64,000 bases of DNA, taken from IMG/VR virus record IMGVR_UViG_3300009502_000047, positions 2,241-66,240 of that record. One strand, given 5' to 3'. This document shows positions 50,264 to 61,030 of this stretch, piece after piece. Within the stretch, counting starts at the first letter, position 1. The number at the start of each line of letters is the position of its first letter. This DNA comes from a virus (Duplodnaviria; Caudoviricetes). The notes below the pieces were generated by a model. It saw only the letters and a program-made list of their open reading frames with translations, was not told the DNA's origin and did not search any database. Made by a program: the position numbers and the translations under genes.

Positions 50264-50917
50264 ATGACATTTTTTGTTAAAACACTGGCAGAAGCCCACG
50301 ATTTAGCAGTAAAACGAGTAATTCTTGATGGTATTCACATTACCACCGAGAACAATGAAGAGACTATTGAATTACCTTACAGTTTCCAAGTTATAATTAG
50401 CCATCCACTAATATATCCACAAACATCACCCGGATTTACCAAGTATGGCCCAGCATTTCTAACTGCCTACACCAAAAAGGTAATGGACATGACTCCCAAT
50501 AAAAATGATGGGAGTGATGCCTCATACACCTACGGAAACAGATTACGTGAATATACAACCATTGACCAAATAGAAACAACCATCACCAAACTAAATAAGA
50601 GCCCAAGGACAAGACGGGCAATCATGCACACATGGAGAGTAGCACAGGACATATATTCCCCGGAGCCTCCCTGCATGCAGACTGTTCAATTAACCATCCG
50701 AGATGGTAAACTAAACATGACAGTTTACTTCAGGAGCAACGACATGTTAATGGCCTACGGAGCCAACCTTTACGCTTTATCCCAGCTCCTTGCAAACATG
50801 GCAATTCAGACCAATACACTACCCGGACATCTTGAAACCATCTCATGTTGTCCTCACATCTATATAGAACGTGATAAAGACGAATTAAACGAGATGAGAA
50901 GGTATATCAATGTTTAA
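50264..50917 (+). CDS. thyA: Thymidylate synthase, archaeal ThyA type
   Basis: YTYGNRLR, RRA, PPCM, FRSND...AYGAN, HIY. Confidence 0.85.
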   Translation: MTFFVKTLAEAHDLAVKRVILDGIHITTENNEETIELPYSFQVIISHPLIYPQTSPGFTKYGPAFLTAYTKKVMDMTPNKNDGSDASYTYGNRLREYTTIDQIETTITKLNKSPRTRRAIMHTWRVAQDIYSPEPPCMQTVQLTIRDGKLNMTVYFRSNDMLMAYGANLYALSQLLANMAIQTNTLPGHLETISCCPHIYIERDKDELNEMRRYINV

Positions 50918-51605
50918 GGAGACAGTTGATACAAAGTCCTTTCAACAATGGTTATCCAGTATCTTTATCTTTAATAAATACCCAACTTTCAGGCCATCTC
51001 CCGAGGGTATTTACTGCCAAGCCGTAGACCCCAGTAACACCAGAGTTATCCATACAACCTTTAAAATCGACAATTTTACAACAGACTGGGAACCTTTCTC
51101 TCTTGACATCGAGAGATTAATCAAAGCAAAAACAACATCATCAACCATCGACATATCCACAGCAGACAACGACTACATCTTTAAGATAGGTAGGTTGACC
51201 CTAACTATACGAAAGAACTTTGAAGTTAAACCCATCCAAAACATCCCATCGTTTGATTATCAAGTCAAGATAACCAGTATAACACCAAAGGACTTTGTTG
51301 AGTTATTAAATACCTTCTCAATCATCAAAACAGATTCTGACAAAGCCATACGATTTGCCTACGAAGATAAAGTCTTTACTGCAATAGCCATCCCAGATAA
51401 AACCATCAAATATGAGTTACCTACATCCTGTGAGATAACAGAGAGATATTCAAGTAAATTTTCTTTTGACTTAACCATGGATTTATCAGGTATAATAAAA
51501 GCAGCAGATAACTTAACCATCTACATAGACAATGACAAACCCATTACCTTTACTATGGGTAATTATACATCTATAATGGTAACACCCAGAATATCTGAGG
51601 ACTGA
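50910..51605 (+). CDS. pcn: PCNA-like sliding clamp
   Basis: 231 aa; GIYCQAVDPS, SKFS, DKPI, C-terminal MVTPRI. Confidence 0.8.
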   Translation: MFKETVDTKSFQQWLSSIFIFNKYPTFRPSPEGIYCQAVDPSNTRVIHTTFKIDNFTTDWEPFSLDIERLIKAKTTSSTIDISTADNDYIFKIGRLTLTIRKNFEVKPIQNIPSFDYQVKITSITPKDFVELLNTFSIIKTDSDKAIRFAYEDKVFTAIAIPDKTIKYELPTSCEITERYSSKFSFDLTMDLSGIIKAADNLTIYIDNDKPITFTMGNYTSIMVTPRISED

Positions 51606-51949
51606 TGATTTATCATGGCATTAAAAAAGATAACAGAAGAAGATAGATGCTACATTATCTACGAAGGTAATAAAATATGGCGTATTCACTTAACCTACAA
51701 AGGAGTTCTAAATTCTTTTACAGAATTACATAACTACAAAGTTAAGATTTCAAAGACCGTATTAGATGAAATAACCAAGCAATTAAACAACAACATACCT
51801 AGCTTTGAGATTAGAAATGATTTATTGAAAAAATCAGTTAAATTAAATGAAGAAATAAAAGAACCCATGAACGTAAACAGTAAAGACAACTTCCTATATC
51901 ATGGGTCTACAAAAAGCAACTATCACTTTGAAGAACATGATTTAATGGG

Positions 51950-52474
51950 ATGATGTTTATGACATTCAAAAACAAATATCTAAAGCATCTATCCTATATC
52001 ATAACTCATAAATTCTGGGTCTTAATCTACTGTTTTAAACATGGCCTATATCTTCAGGGTATATTGCATGACCTATCCAGATTTACACCCATTGAATTCA
52101 TGGTATATGCCAAGACAAAGGTTGAACGTAACAGCACTGGTTACTATAATCCCAGCATTTTAAAGTATGCTTGGAATCACCATGCACATCACAACAAACA
52201 TCATTGGCAATACTGGGTGACAATCGGAGACAACGGAACTCTGGACATCCTTAATATGCCCTTTAAATATGTAGTTGAGATGATTTGTGATTGGTATGGT
52301 GCAGGTAGAGCACAACACACCAATCCAACCGGAGACCCACAGGAACTGTTAAATTTCTATATGGAAAATGGTTTTAAATTCATAGTTACCTTTGAGACCA
52401 ATGAGCTAATTAAGGAAGTAATAGCAAGAGAAATCAAAAGTACAAGAAAAGAAACATTTGGAGACATAGTTTAA
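51950..52474 (+). CDS. DUF5662-like HD-type hydrolase
   Basis: HK...HDLSRF...AWNHHAHHNKHHWQYW...EMICDW. Confidence 0.75.
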   Translation: MMFMTFKNKYLKHLSYIITHKFWVLIYCFKHGLYLQGILHDLSRFTPIEFMVYAKTKVERNSTGYYNPSILKYAWNHHAHHNKHHWQYWVTIGDNGTLDILNMPFKYVVEMICDWYGAGRAQHTNPTGDPQELLNFYMENGFKFIVTFETNELIKEVIAREIKSTRKETFGDIV

Positions 52475-52776
52475 CATGATTACTTGGAAGGTTTACATTA
52501 AGAAGTTAGAGGAAGCCAGAAAGAGAATGGTAGTGGAAAATATGGATGATATGACAATGGGCATCTTTAAAGATGAAATTGAGATAGCACAGAAGGCAAT
52601 GCGAAACAAAATATCCCCAGAAGACTTCTTACAAATATCTATTAATGAAGCATGTGGCAAAGCAACCAAATTATTGGAATTCAATGATATCTCAGAATAC
52701 AAACTGTATTTAGTTAACTTCATAATTAAACTGTCAACCAGAAACAAAATTCTGGATAAGAGGTAGGTGGATAAAC

Positions 52777-53463
52777 TTGGTTTTAATTAGGAAATCAATG
52801 ATAGAAGAATTTCATTTTTGTCCCTACAAATTCAAAAAGAGGTACATAGATGAGAGTATAGTTGACTTACCAAACCAATCCATGTTGATGGGTACTCGTT
52901 TTCATGAGGTAGCCGAGAAATTCTTTGACAATCACGAATCAGCCTTATGCTATGACTTCACTAAACATTACAATAACCACGAAGTTAAGATGATAGACTG
53001 GTTTATGGACATGGAAATGAAGAGGTTAGCATGGCTTATAGACCAAGATAGACAGGAAGAATGGATGCCGCTTCATCGTGAAGTAACCCTGACCAACGAG
53101 GAATTAAATATCACAGGGACAATTGACAGGGTAGACTGGATTGACAAGGAAAGGGGTATCATCAGACTTGTAGAGTATAAGACAAGTAAGAAGGTGGATG
53201 ATGCTTCATTACGCCGACAACTTGGTTTCTATTCGTACTTATACAACAATACCCTTAACATGGGGAAAGTAGAGAAACTTAGATTAATCAATCCACGCCT
53301 TCAAGTTGTGATTGATTACGATGTACCCTCAGTGGAATCAATAATGAAACATGTGGATAATTTAAAAGATTCAATGTTAAATAATAACTTTCCTCCCAAA
53401 TGCAATCCAATCAAATTATCAACTTGTCGATGTTGTTCCCCTGATGAAGTACTTCCAGATTAA
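52777..53463 (+). CDS. PD-(D/E)XK RecB/Cas4-like exonuclease
   Basis: CP...GTRFH, GTIDRVD, VEYKT, QLGFY, C-terminal Cys cluster. Confidence 0.85.
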   Translation: MVLIRKSMIEEFHFCPYKFKKRYIDESIVDLPNQSMLMGTRFHEVAEKFFDNHESALCYDFTKHYNNHEVKMIDWFMDMEMKRLAWLIDQDRQEEWMPLHREVTLTNEELNITGTIDRVDWIDKERGIIRLVEYKTSKKVDDASLRRQLGFYSYLYNNTLNMGKVEKLRLINPRLQVVIDYDVPSVESIMKHVDNLKDSMLNNNFPPKCNPIKLSTCRCCSPDEVLPD

Positions 53464-53692
53464 CTTAGATAGAAGGATAAACCATGACACTTGAACATTT
53501 ACTTTTGGAAAAGTTAGATTACATTGAGCATGAACTTCACTTAGTTAAATGTGAATTAGCCGCAGTACGTGGTACATTGGATAATCATCATGACGAAAAC
53601 AGGACGTAAAATCTTCCTATTAGACTATAACATCTGTTTAAAAAAGAAGTTGGATGAAGGTTTGTCGGTAAAAGAAGCACAGGAGTTTTGTA

Positions 53693-55783
53693 ATGAGCAA
53701 CGTAGACGAAATATTAAAAGATAGATATTATCAACCCGGAGAATCCTCTTGGAGTGATATAGCCAAGAGAGTAAGTAACTTCATAGGTAACACTGAACTA
53801 GAACGTGAAATATTTTACAAGTTAATCAACGATAAAGTCTTCATACCAGCCTCACCTATTTTAATGAATGCAGGAACAGATGTCCCAATGCTATTTGCAT
53901 GCTTCGGACTAACTCCGAATGATTCCATGGACTCAATCATGAAGACCATGGTTACCTCTGCGAAAATAATGAAGATGGGTGGTGGGATTGGTATTGACTG
54001 GTCTAGATTACGACCCGAAGGTGCTCCGGTAGGTTCAACAAATGGAACATCTTCAGGGCCAGTGTCCTTCATGAGTTTATTTAACGAAGTGATTGACGTA
54101 GTCAAACAGGCAGGGAAACGAAGAGGAGCAGGTATTAGTCTCTTGAGCATAGACCACCCTGACATCCCATCATTCATCCACTCAAAGCACACTGAAGGCA
54201 AATTTCCCAACTTCAACATCAGTGTTAAAATAACTGATGACTTTATGCATCATTTAGATGTCCCAGAAAATAAGCATAGATTGGATGCAATTGCCAAGGC
54301 CATGTGGGATAATGGTGAACCCGGCATTCTCTTCATCGACAACTACCTTAATTCCCTACCCATAGTATTATCAGAAAACGAAAATTTGGTCGCGAATCCA
54401 TGCGGGGAGCAAGGATTGATCTCCAATATCGAAACGGGGGCAGGAGAATGCTGTTGTCTTGGTAGCATGGACATGAGCAAGATGGAATCAGAAGAGATGC
54501 TCCGTGATACAGTTAAGTGGTCAGTAACCTTCCTAGATAGGTGCATAGACAAAGCAATTTATCCATCGCCCGAAATTGAGGAGATGCAAAAGTCATCAAG
54601 ACGCATTGGTCTTGGTGAAATGGGCTGGGCAGACTACCTAATCGGATGTGGCATTAGATATGGTAGTGAACGATGCATCAAAGAAATAACCATAATGAAA
54701 AAGATAATCAGGGATGCAGCATTCAAAGCATCAGCCGAATTAGCCAGAGAAGCAGATGATACCTTCCCATGGAACTACAGATTAAAGGAAGAAAGTGACT
54801 TTGGCTTCAGACGAAACATGCTTTTATCATCAATTGCTCCTACAGGTAGTATAGCCATCTTTGCAGGGTGCTCATGGGGAATCGAACCCATCACCAAGCT
54901 AGTCTATGACAGAAAGAATGCCATAGGTGAAGTAACCAAGAAAGTACATCCACTATTTCTCATAGAACTCCAGAAACTTGATCTGGATAACATAGATGAA
55001 GTAATTGACGAAGTTTACATCAAAGGTACGTGTCAACACATAACCAGTTTACCACAGAGTTTCCGTGATATCTTTGTATGTGCCACAGATGTCTTGCCAT
55101 TCCAACACATTGACGTACAGGCTGCCTTTCAAAGTCTAACAGATACATCTATCAGCAAGACCATAAACTGCCCAGCCTCGACAAGCGTAAGCGACATAGA
55201 ATCCATGATTCACTATGGATGGTCAAAGGGGCTTAAAGGCTTCACAGTCATCAGGGAAGGAAGCAGGGAGGTAGTCTATACCCATGGTAGTTCTGGCATA
55301 GTAAAGAAAAATACAGGCCCCAACTACGTACGACCAATTGAATGCCCAGCCCGAAGGTACATCATGAAGGTAGGCTGTGGAACAATGTCCATAATCGTAT
55401 CAGGTGACCCCCAAACCATGGAGGCCATAGAAGTTTATCTAATACCCATATCAGGTGGGGGATGTGCAGGGCACTGTGCCGGGGAAGGCATGACAATAAG
55501 CAATAGTCTACAATACGGAGTTCCTGCAGAAGTACTAACCAAATCATTACGTAAGGTAGTTTGCAAGGCTTGCATAGGAAAGGATGGATTAGATGCCAAG
55601 TCATGTCCAGATGCCATCGCATTAGCCCTAGACAAATTTACTAATGGTAAGGGAAAATTATATACTGATCCATTACCTGTTCCATCAGTCAGTGACATAT
55701 GCCCTAAATGCGGAACTATCCTGACAGTAATTGAGGGATGCATCAGTTGTACAGCATGTAACGGATATTCAAGGTGTAGTTAA
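53693..55783 (+). CDS. nrdJ: Class II (B12-dependent) ribonucleotide reductase
   Basis: PASPIL, ACF, NPCGEQ, IAPTGS, ISKTIN, SCPD domain and C-terminal Zn ribbon. Confidence 0.92.
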   Translation: MSNVDEILKDRYYQPGESSWSDIAKRVSNFIGNTELEREIFYKLINDKVFIPASPILMNAGTDVPMLFACFGLTPNDSMDSIMKTMVTSAKIMKMGGGIGIDWSRLRPEGAPVGSTNGTSSGPVSFMSLFNEVIDVVKQAGKRRGAGISLLSIDHPDIPSFIHSKHTEGKFPNFNISVKITDDFMHHLDVPENKHRLDAIAKAMWDNGEPGILFIDNYLNSLPIVLSENENLVANPCGEQGLISNIETGAGECCCLGSMDMSKMESEEMLRDTVKWSVTFLDRCIDKAIYPSPEIEEMQKSSRRIGLGEMGWADYLIGCGIRYGSERCIKEITIMKKIIRDAAFKASAELAREADDTFPWNYRLKEESDFGFRRNMLLSSIAPTGSIAIFAGCSWGIEPITKLVYDRKNAIGEVTKKVHPLFLIELQKLDLDNIDEVIDEVYIKGTCQHITSLPQSFRDIFVCATDVLPFQHIDVQAAFQSLTDTSISKTINCPASTSVSDIESMIHYGWSKGLKGFTVIREGSREVVYTHGSSGIVKKNTGPNYVRPIECPARRYIMKVGCGTMSIIVSGDPQTMEAIEVYLIPISGGGCAGHCAGEGMTISNSLQYGVPAEVLTKSLRKVVCKACIGKDGLDAKSCPDAIALALDKFTNGKGKLYTDPLPVPSVSDICPKCGTILTVIEGCISCTACNGYSRCS

Positions 55784-55924
55784 TGAATGAAATAACAGAA
55801 GAAATTAATAAAGCAATGGTTAAATTTAGTAATTTAACATTTCCCGAGATTCTTGGGATGCTCTTTGAAATGTATGATGAGGATTTATTTGGTATGACCA
55901 ACCTGGAATTTGTGGGTGCATTAG

Positions 55925-56200
55925 ATGGTTTTCAGCAAATTTACTAAGAGACCAATAACCATAGATGCCGAAAGAATTTCAGAGACCATTGAAATCAAAA
56001 CCCGAGAGGGAAGTCTATTAGGATATAGGGGTGACTGGCTAATCAAAGGCATAGAGGGCGAGTTGTACCCATGTGGTGACGCTATATTCCGAAAGACCTA
56101 CGAACCATCGGGTGATGGTAAATGCAGATATTGTATGCATCAAAAAAGCCAACTATGTAATGACTTTGAAACATGTATCTTTGAATGGAAAGAGGAATAA
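55925..56200 (+). CDS. PGDYG-like phage protein
   Basis: IKTREG...GDWLIKGIEGELYPC...FRKTYE. Confidence 0.7.
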   Translation: MVFSKFTKRPITIDAERISETIEIKTREGSLLGYRGDWLIKGIEGELYPCGDAIFRKTYEPSGDGKCRYCMHQKSQLCNDFETCIFEWKEE

Positions 56201-56528
56201 CTATGAAGTTAAATGGAACTATTGAAATATCAAATTTTAATCAGGTAGCAATTGAACATACCCTGTGGAACAAAAACCCATATGGATGGTGGACACCCGA
56301 AGATAATACTGGTAAATATGCCCACAACATCCCCCACAACAAGATGGTAAACAAAATCAAACAGTATCAGGGCAGTCGTAAGTACAAAGTCTGGATATCA
56401 GGTTATACCATCAACATTACCAGAAAACCACGTAAAGCAACAGTGATAAGAAATAAACCAGTCCTAGTACCAAGACGAGTTTTCAAGCGTCTTATGTACG
56501 TCATTGGTAATCTGTGGGTAGGTAAAAA

Positions 56529-56858
56529 ATGATTGATGTAAAACCTTTTTGTGACTATGCAATCAGACTCTTTGGGGCTAACAATCAGATTGACAAGTCT
56601 ATTGAGGAACTATCCGAGTTAATTCAGGCCTTAATTCATCGTAAACATAAACGTCCTGAAGAATATGACAGGGTAGCCGAAGAAATTGCAGATGTAATGC
56701 TGATGTTAGAGCAGCTTAAGATAGTCTATGGAATCCCACAGAGTACTTTGGATAGGATAATCTCTGACAAAATACAGCGTGTTTACCACAGGTATAGTAC
56801 GGGAGCAACTGAAACATGGACAACAGAATCGACAAGGAACTTTGGTTCCTCAAGTTAG
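56529..56858 (+). CDS. MazG-like NTP pyrophosphohydrolase
   Basis: EELSEL...EEIADV. Confidence 0.8.
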   Translation: MIDVKPFCDYAIRLFGANNQIDKSIEELSELIQALIHRKHKRPEEYDRVAEEIADVMLMLEQLKIVYGIPQSTLDRIISDKIQRVYHRYSTGATETWTTESTRNFGSSS

Positions 56859-57295
56859 CCAAGGTCATAGCCGAGCGTAGTACCTGTCTTCGCCGACATT
56901 ACGGAAGCATCATAGTCAACGACTACGATGAGATTATCTCCACAGGTTATAACGGAGCACCACGAGGTCAGCACCACTGCGAGAAATGTTATCGCATAGA
57001 ACATAAAATTCCTGCAGGTAGTCATTATGAAAAATGCTTTAGTATTCATGCAGAATGTAATGCAATAATACAGGCAGGCAAAGACGCCCGAGGCTGTACC
57101 ATCTACATAAACGGATACAATGTCATTAGCAACAACGATGACAAAATATCCTATTTACCGTGTTTGATGTGTAGCAGAATCATAGTTAACTCGGGATTAG
57201 ATAGAATAATTGTTCCTGATGAATCAGGTGAATCTTACATCATGATAGAACCTACTTTAGCCTATTTATCAGCAAATTTAAAGGAGGGCATGTAA
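56816..57295 (+). CDS. dCMP deaminase
   Basis: RSTC, GYNG, HAECNA, PCLMC. Confidence 0.9.
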   Translation: MDNRIDKELWFLKLAKVIAERSTCLRRHYGSIIVNDYDEIISTGYNGAPRGQHHCEKCYRIEHKIPAGSHYEKCFSIHAECNAIIQAGKDARGCTIYINGYNVISNNDDKISYLPCLMCSRIIVNSGLDRIIVPDESGESYIMIEPTLAYLSANLKEGM

Positions 57296-57888
57296 TGTTT
57301 TTCAAAAATAAAAAGAATAAAGACATTAATAAACTTAAAGACAGAATTCAGAATTTAGAGTTGGTAATCTCGGAATTTATTGATTCCAAGTCTCCACAGA
57401 ACATCCCTAAATACTATTTTAGATATCCTATTAATCCCATTAAAGTAGAGCATGTATGTGACGAGGAACTCCAGGTAATGTCAGTAGTTAAATACTTGGT
57501 CACAGTTGTAGTTCCAATGTCTGAACCATCCACCAAACAAGTATTTAGGATGACACGTAAGGAACTAGATGACTTCATGGTTGCCTTACCTTCGATCGGT
57601 GGTGCTTATATCACAGACTTAAGAGGTGAAGATTTATAATGAACATGGATGCTACAATCTCAATTTTAATTAAAGACCACGTTTATACAGCCATAATCAA
57701 TGACTTTTATGATATCAAAATGAGGAATATAGATGGTAATTCCGATTACTTTCAATGTGGAATATTTGATGAACATACAATCCCTACAGATCATATTATC
57801 CTTGACTATATTCACGCTATCAAAGGTACTCATTTTTACTCTGAGTGGATGGAGAAGTGGACGACTGTAGCCTTTCAGGTGATGAGTC

Positions 57889-58530
57889 GTGATCATAACT
57901 GTTGATACCAGAGAACCACCTGAAAACTATGAGTTTCTGGTAAACACTTTTCGCACTACCCAATTTAAAAAGGCTGCTTTACCTGAAGGCGATTACTCAA
58001 CAGAAAAAGTCCTTGTTGAACGTAAGACTCTCTCTGACTTATATGGCAGTATAATGGGTAGCAAAGATAAATCAGGCAGACTACAACATCAAGTCTCCAG
58101 ATTAACTACTCACACAGATCAAATAGTATTAATTATGATTATAGGCAATATGTTTGATTATATCCGTAAGATGGATAAGCTCGGCATAAACGTAAACCCT
58201 GACATTATATACGCTACAATCTCTTCTATAATCTGCCGGGAACATATCCATTTCTTATGGTACGAACATGAATCAGATGCCTTAATCAACATGGTTAGAT
58301 TCATGATGAAAGTCGAAGATGACAAGCATCATGTGCCTTCAAGACGAGAACCTGATCATCTTGCTGCGCGTCTGTTAAACATCTCATTACCCCAATGGCT
58401 GGCCCTAAAGTCCAAATACGGGACTATTTACGGAGTGATGCAAGCCTCTGATACCCAAATAATGGAAGTCAAAGGTATTGGGAAGATTAAAGCCGGAAAG
58501 ATTAAGGAGATATTAAAATCGGGGTGGTGA
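57889..58530 (+). CDS. ERCC4/XPF-family structure-specific nuclease with HhH
   Basis: VDTRE, GDY, VERKTLSD, VKGIGKIKA. Confidence 0.9.
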   Translation: MIITVDTREPPENYEFLVNTFRTTQFKKAALPEGDYSTEKVLVERKTLSDLYGSIMGSKDKSGRLQHQVSRLTTHTDQIVLIMIIGNMFDYIRKMDKLGINVNPDIIYATISSIICREHIHFLWYEHESDALINMVRFMMKVEDDKHHVPSRREPDHLAARLLNISLPQWLALKSKYGTIYGVMQASDTQIMEVKGIGKIKAGKIKEILKSGW

Positions 58531-58534
58531 CAAT

Positions 58535-59689
58535 GTGGACATATATACCGACATAATGGATGAACTAAATAGTAGAAATACCTATAAATCAGATGTATAT
58601 GCTCCCTTTTACATTTGCAGTTATATGTCCCATATGTTCAACATCTTCAACCAACATCATCAGATATACTGGGAATCCAAACGACTTCCCAATCTTCGTC
58701 TTCATCTTCTCTTTGTAGCTCCTCGGGGATACATGAAAACTTACTACCTCTCAACCATGGGTGGTAATGACCACAGTATCTTTCCTACTGACACACCATT
58801 TCCAATGGGTTACGAGCAGTCAATGACTGAATCAGGTTTAATAGGCACTATCAACTCACATGATGGCGAAGCAGTTACCACAGCAGGTGCAGCAAGTGAA
58901 TACCGAAATGGCTTCATGCTAATCGATGAATTCAGCAGCATAACCGAGTCAATGTCCCAAGCCTATAACAAAACCTTGGAATCCCACATGTTAACCCTCT
59001 TGGATTCAGGTCACGTTAACAAGAGATTAGGCCCCGGTGTCCTTAGATACGACAGCCAGATGACTTTATGGGCTGGTGTCCAACCCGCCAAGTACGACTT
59101 ATCATCAGGTTTAGGTCGCAGAATCTGTTATTTAGTTTTCATGCCAACACGCCACGACAATGATAACCTCATGGAAGTTATGAATTCAACCCGAAACATA
59201 AAACCATCAGCCGATGAGTCATATAAACGACACGAAAAAGTTAAGAATTTACAAGCTGGCTTCCACTGCATCAAAGACATAGAATTCGGAGATTCAGTCT
59301 ACAAAACCTACAAAGATCTCAAACTCTTTTCGTTTGAAACATCTCTCTTCGACAGATTACTAATTGGATGGCATATAGCCCGTCAGGGTGTAGAAGGTCA
59401 CATGACTATTGATGTAGACAAAGATGCCTATAAACTCTTAAAGCAACAGAAAGAATGGCGCGATAACATAGCAAGGGGTGCAGATCATTCCCAGATGTCT
59501 CACATAATCAAGACATGTAGCAATGAGAAGGAGATAACAGAAGGCATGATAAAAGCCAATAAATCCTGTATCATAAACGAATGCCTTATGATTGGATGGT
59601 CATCAATCCAAGTATCATCAGTTCTAAATGACATGGCAACAGTAGGGTTACTACGAATAAAAGGAGGTGAAGTATGGTTAAACGTATAA
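58535..59689 (+). CDS. MCM-like AAA+ ATPase (putative replicative helicase)
   Basis: Walker A-like APRGYMKT, TESGLIG, LIDEF, C-terminal winged helix; no MCM N-terminal domain. Confidence 0.7.
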   Translation: MDIYTDIMDELNSRNTYKSDVYAPFYICSYMSHMFNIFNQHHQIYWESKRLPNLRLHLLFVAPRGYMKTYYLSTMGGNDHSIFPTDTPFPMGYEQSMTESGLIGTINSHDGEAVTTAGAASEYRNGFMLIDEFSSITESMSQAYNKTLESHMLTLLDSGHVNKRLGPGVLRYDSQMTLWAGVQPAKYDLSSGLGRRICYLVFMPTRHDNDNLMEVMNSTRNIKPSADESYKRHEKVKNLQAGFHCIKDIEFGDSVYKTYKDLKLFSFETSLFDRLLIGWHIARQGVEGHMTIDVDKDAYKLLKQQKEWRDNIARGADHSQMSHIIKTCSNEKEITEGMIKANKSCIINECLMIGWSSIQVSSVLNDMATVGLLRIKGGEVWLNV

Positions 59690-60150
59690 TCTCAGTCAAC
59701 TTAGATGAGGAATTAATTGAGAAGATTAAAGACACAGGGATGAGACCCACTGAAGTAGTCACATGGGCATTAACTCTCTACCTAAACGATGTAGGTGACG
59801 ATGTACTCCATAACATCAGGGTTAAACGAATGAAAGCCGAATTACTCTACTTAACTAACTCAATAAACCTCTGGGATAAACAATTAGAAGATGGCAAGGA
59901 ACGAATTATATATTTAACCGAACGAATAACCAAGATACATGAAGAACATCAAATTGAATTGGACAAGAAAGCAGGAAATGAGGCTGTACGTAAGCTAAAT
60001 GACCTAATTAAATCCTATGAATACGATATAAGCAAAATATTAGCTGATTCAGAAACTACAACTTATATAGCAGCAATTAAACGATTTAATCCTTTATTCA
60101 AGATTACCAGTCACATAAACCGATTGAAAAAGTTAATTAACTATAAATAA
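59674..60150 (+). CDS. RHH-like DNA-binding, coiled-coil protein
   Basis: KRIISVNLDEELIEKI...EVVTWAL. Confidence 0.55.
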   Translation: MVKRIISVNLDEELIEKIKDTGMRPTEVVTWALTLYLNDVGDDVLHNIRVKRMKAELLYLTNSINLWDKQLEDGKERIIYLTERITKIHEEHQIELDKKAGNEAVRKLNDLIKSYEYDISKILADSETTTYIAAIKRFNPLFKITSHINRLKKLINYK

Positions 60151-60162
60151 TAATATTATTGT

Positions 60163-60210
60163 GGCCCACTATTAGGAGGGAATTTCATATTTCCCTTTGA
60201 GTACCTAATA
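60163..60210. terminator. Hairpin at the convergent junction, copy of the 19844 element
   Basis: ggcccactattaggagggaatttcatatttccct; tattagg pairs with cctaata. Confidence 0.45.
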
Positions 60211-60240
60211 AGGATATGGTTCGAGTTCCGTGTCTTTATC

Positions 60241-60651
60241 TTATAAACTATCATTTTGAACTGCAGTTGAAACTGTAAAGTCAATTATTTTGTCAGAATA
60301 GTCTTGTTTTATAACTTCCAATGATGAGCAGCCTACATCCTCGCAGGTATCTATATCGTTCTGTGAGAAATCAGAGCCATTGGGATGGTTATGGACAAAA
60401 TGTAAGCCTTTTAAAATTATCTTGTCATAGTTGTCAATGCCTATGAAATTAGCATCGCCGTTTTTAATCCACTTAACCTCGCCATTGTCATCGTAGGCAA
60501 AGCCAACTTCAGTCGGTGAATTTCTGGCATACTCATAATAATAGTGTAAAAGAGTGGGTAAACTTCCTGAAAACAACAGCAGGGTAGTAATAAGAATTAC
60601 TCCCTTTGTTGCCTTCCTAATTTGTGGGCCACCTCTATAGTTAGCTGTCAT
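60241..60651 (-). CDS. JAB/MPN-like metalloprotein with N-terminal hydrophobic segment
   Basis: E...HNHPNGSDFSQND (JAMM-like HxH-x-S-xx-D). Confidence 0.65.
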   Translation of the reverse strand: MTANYRGGPQIRKATKGVILITTLLLFSGSLPTLLHYYYEYARNSPTEVGFAYDDNGEVKWIKNGDANFIGIDNYDKIILKGLHFVHNHPNGSDFSQNDIDTCEDVGCSSLEVIKQDYSDKIIDFTVSTAVQNDSL

Positions 60652-60679
60652 GCTTTATAACCTTTATTTTCTTTATCAA

Positions 60680-61018
60680 TTAGGTCATAATAAACAGCCA
60701 AAGTGACTCGTTTACTGGTAATGACTTAACCATTCCTGATTTGTCAGTTATTCTGAAGACCATTGGATACATACCCGGAGTGTCTGTGATGTCGATTGGT
60801 TCATCATCTGGGTCAGGTTCTGCATCAGGATCAATTCCCCAGTCATAAGTTATTTGACCAGTTATGTCCTCGTCAATTGTACATTCTCCGTTTGTGACTA
60901 ATGAGCCGATTGTAACAGTGACTGTGGTATCTTTAAGGTCTACTGGGGTGTTATCAGCATTCTGAATAACATAGGTTAAAGGACTTGTATCTCCGGTCTT
61001 AATTCTGATTGTTGACAT
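60680..61018 (-). CDS. BppU-N-like tail/baseplate protein
   Basis: IKTGDT..L...PVDL...GQITY pattern. Confidence 0.6.
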   Translation of the reverse strand: MSTIRIKTGDTSPLTYVIQNADNTPVDLKDTTVTVTIGSLVTNGECTIDEDITGQITYDWGIDPDAEPDPDDEPIDITDTPGMYPMVFRITDKSGMVKSLPVNESLWLFIMT

Positions 61019-61030
61019 GGTTAAGTTTAT

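Noticed and set aside
52777-53463. Cas4-like gene as part of a CRISPR-Cas system
   Set aside because: No other cas genes or array; solo RecB/Cas4-like nucleases are common in viral replication modules
60213-60234. GGTTCGAGTTCC T-loop-like hairpin suggesting a tRNA or attP
   Set aside because: No acceptor, D or anticodon arms can be built, and no integrase was seen
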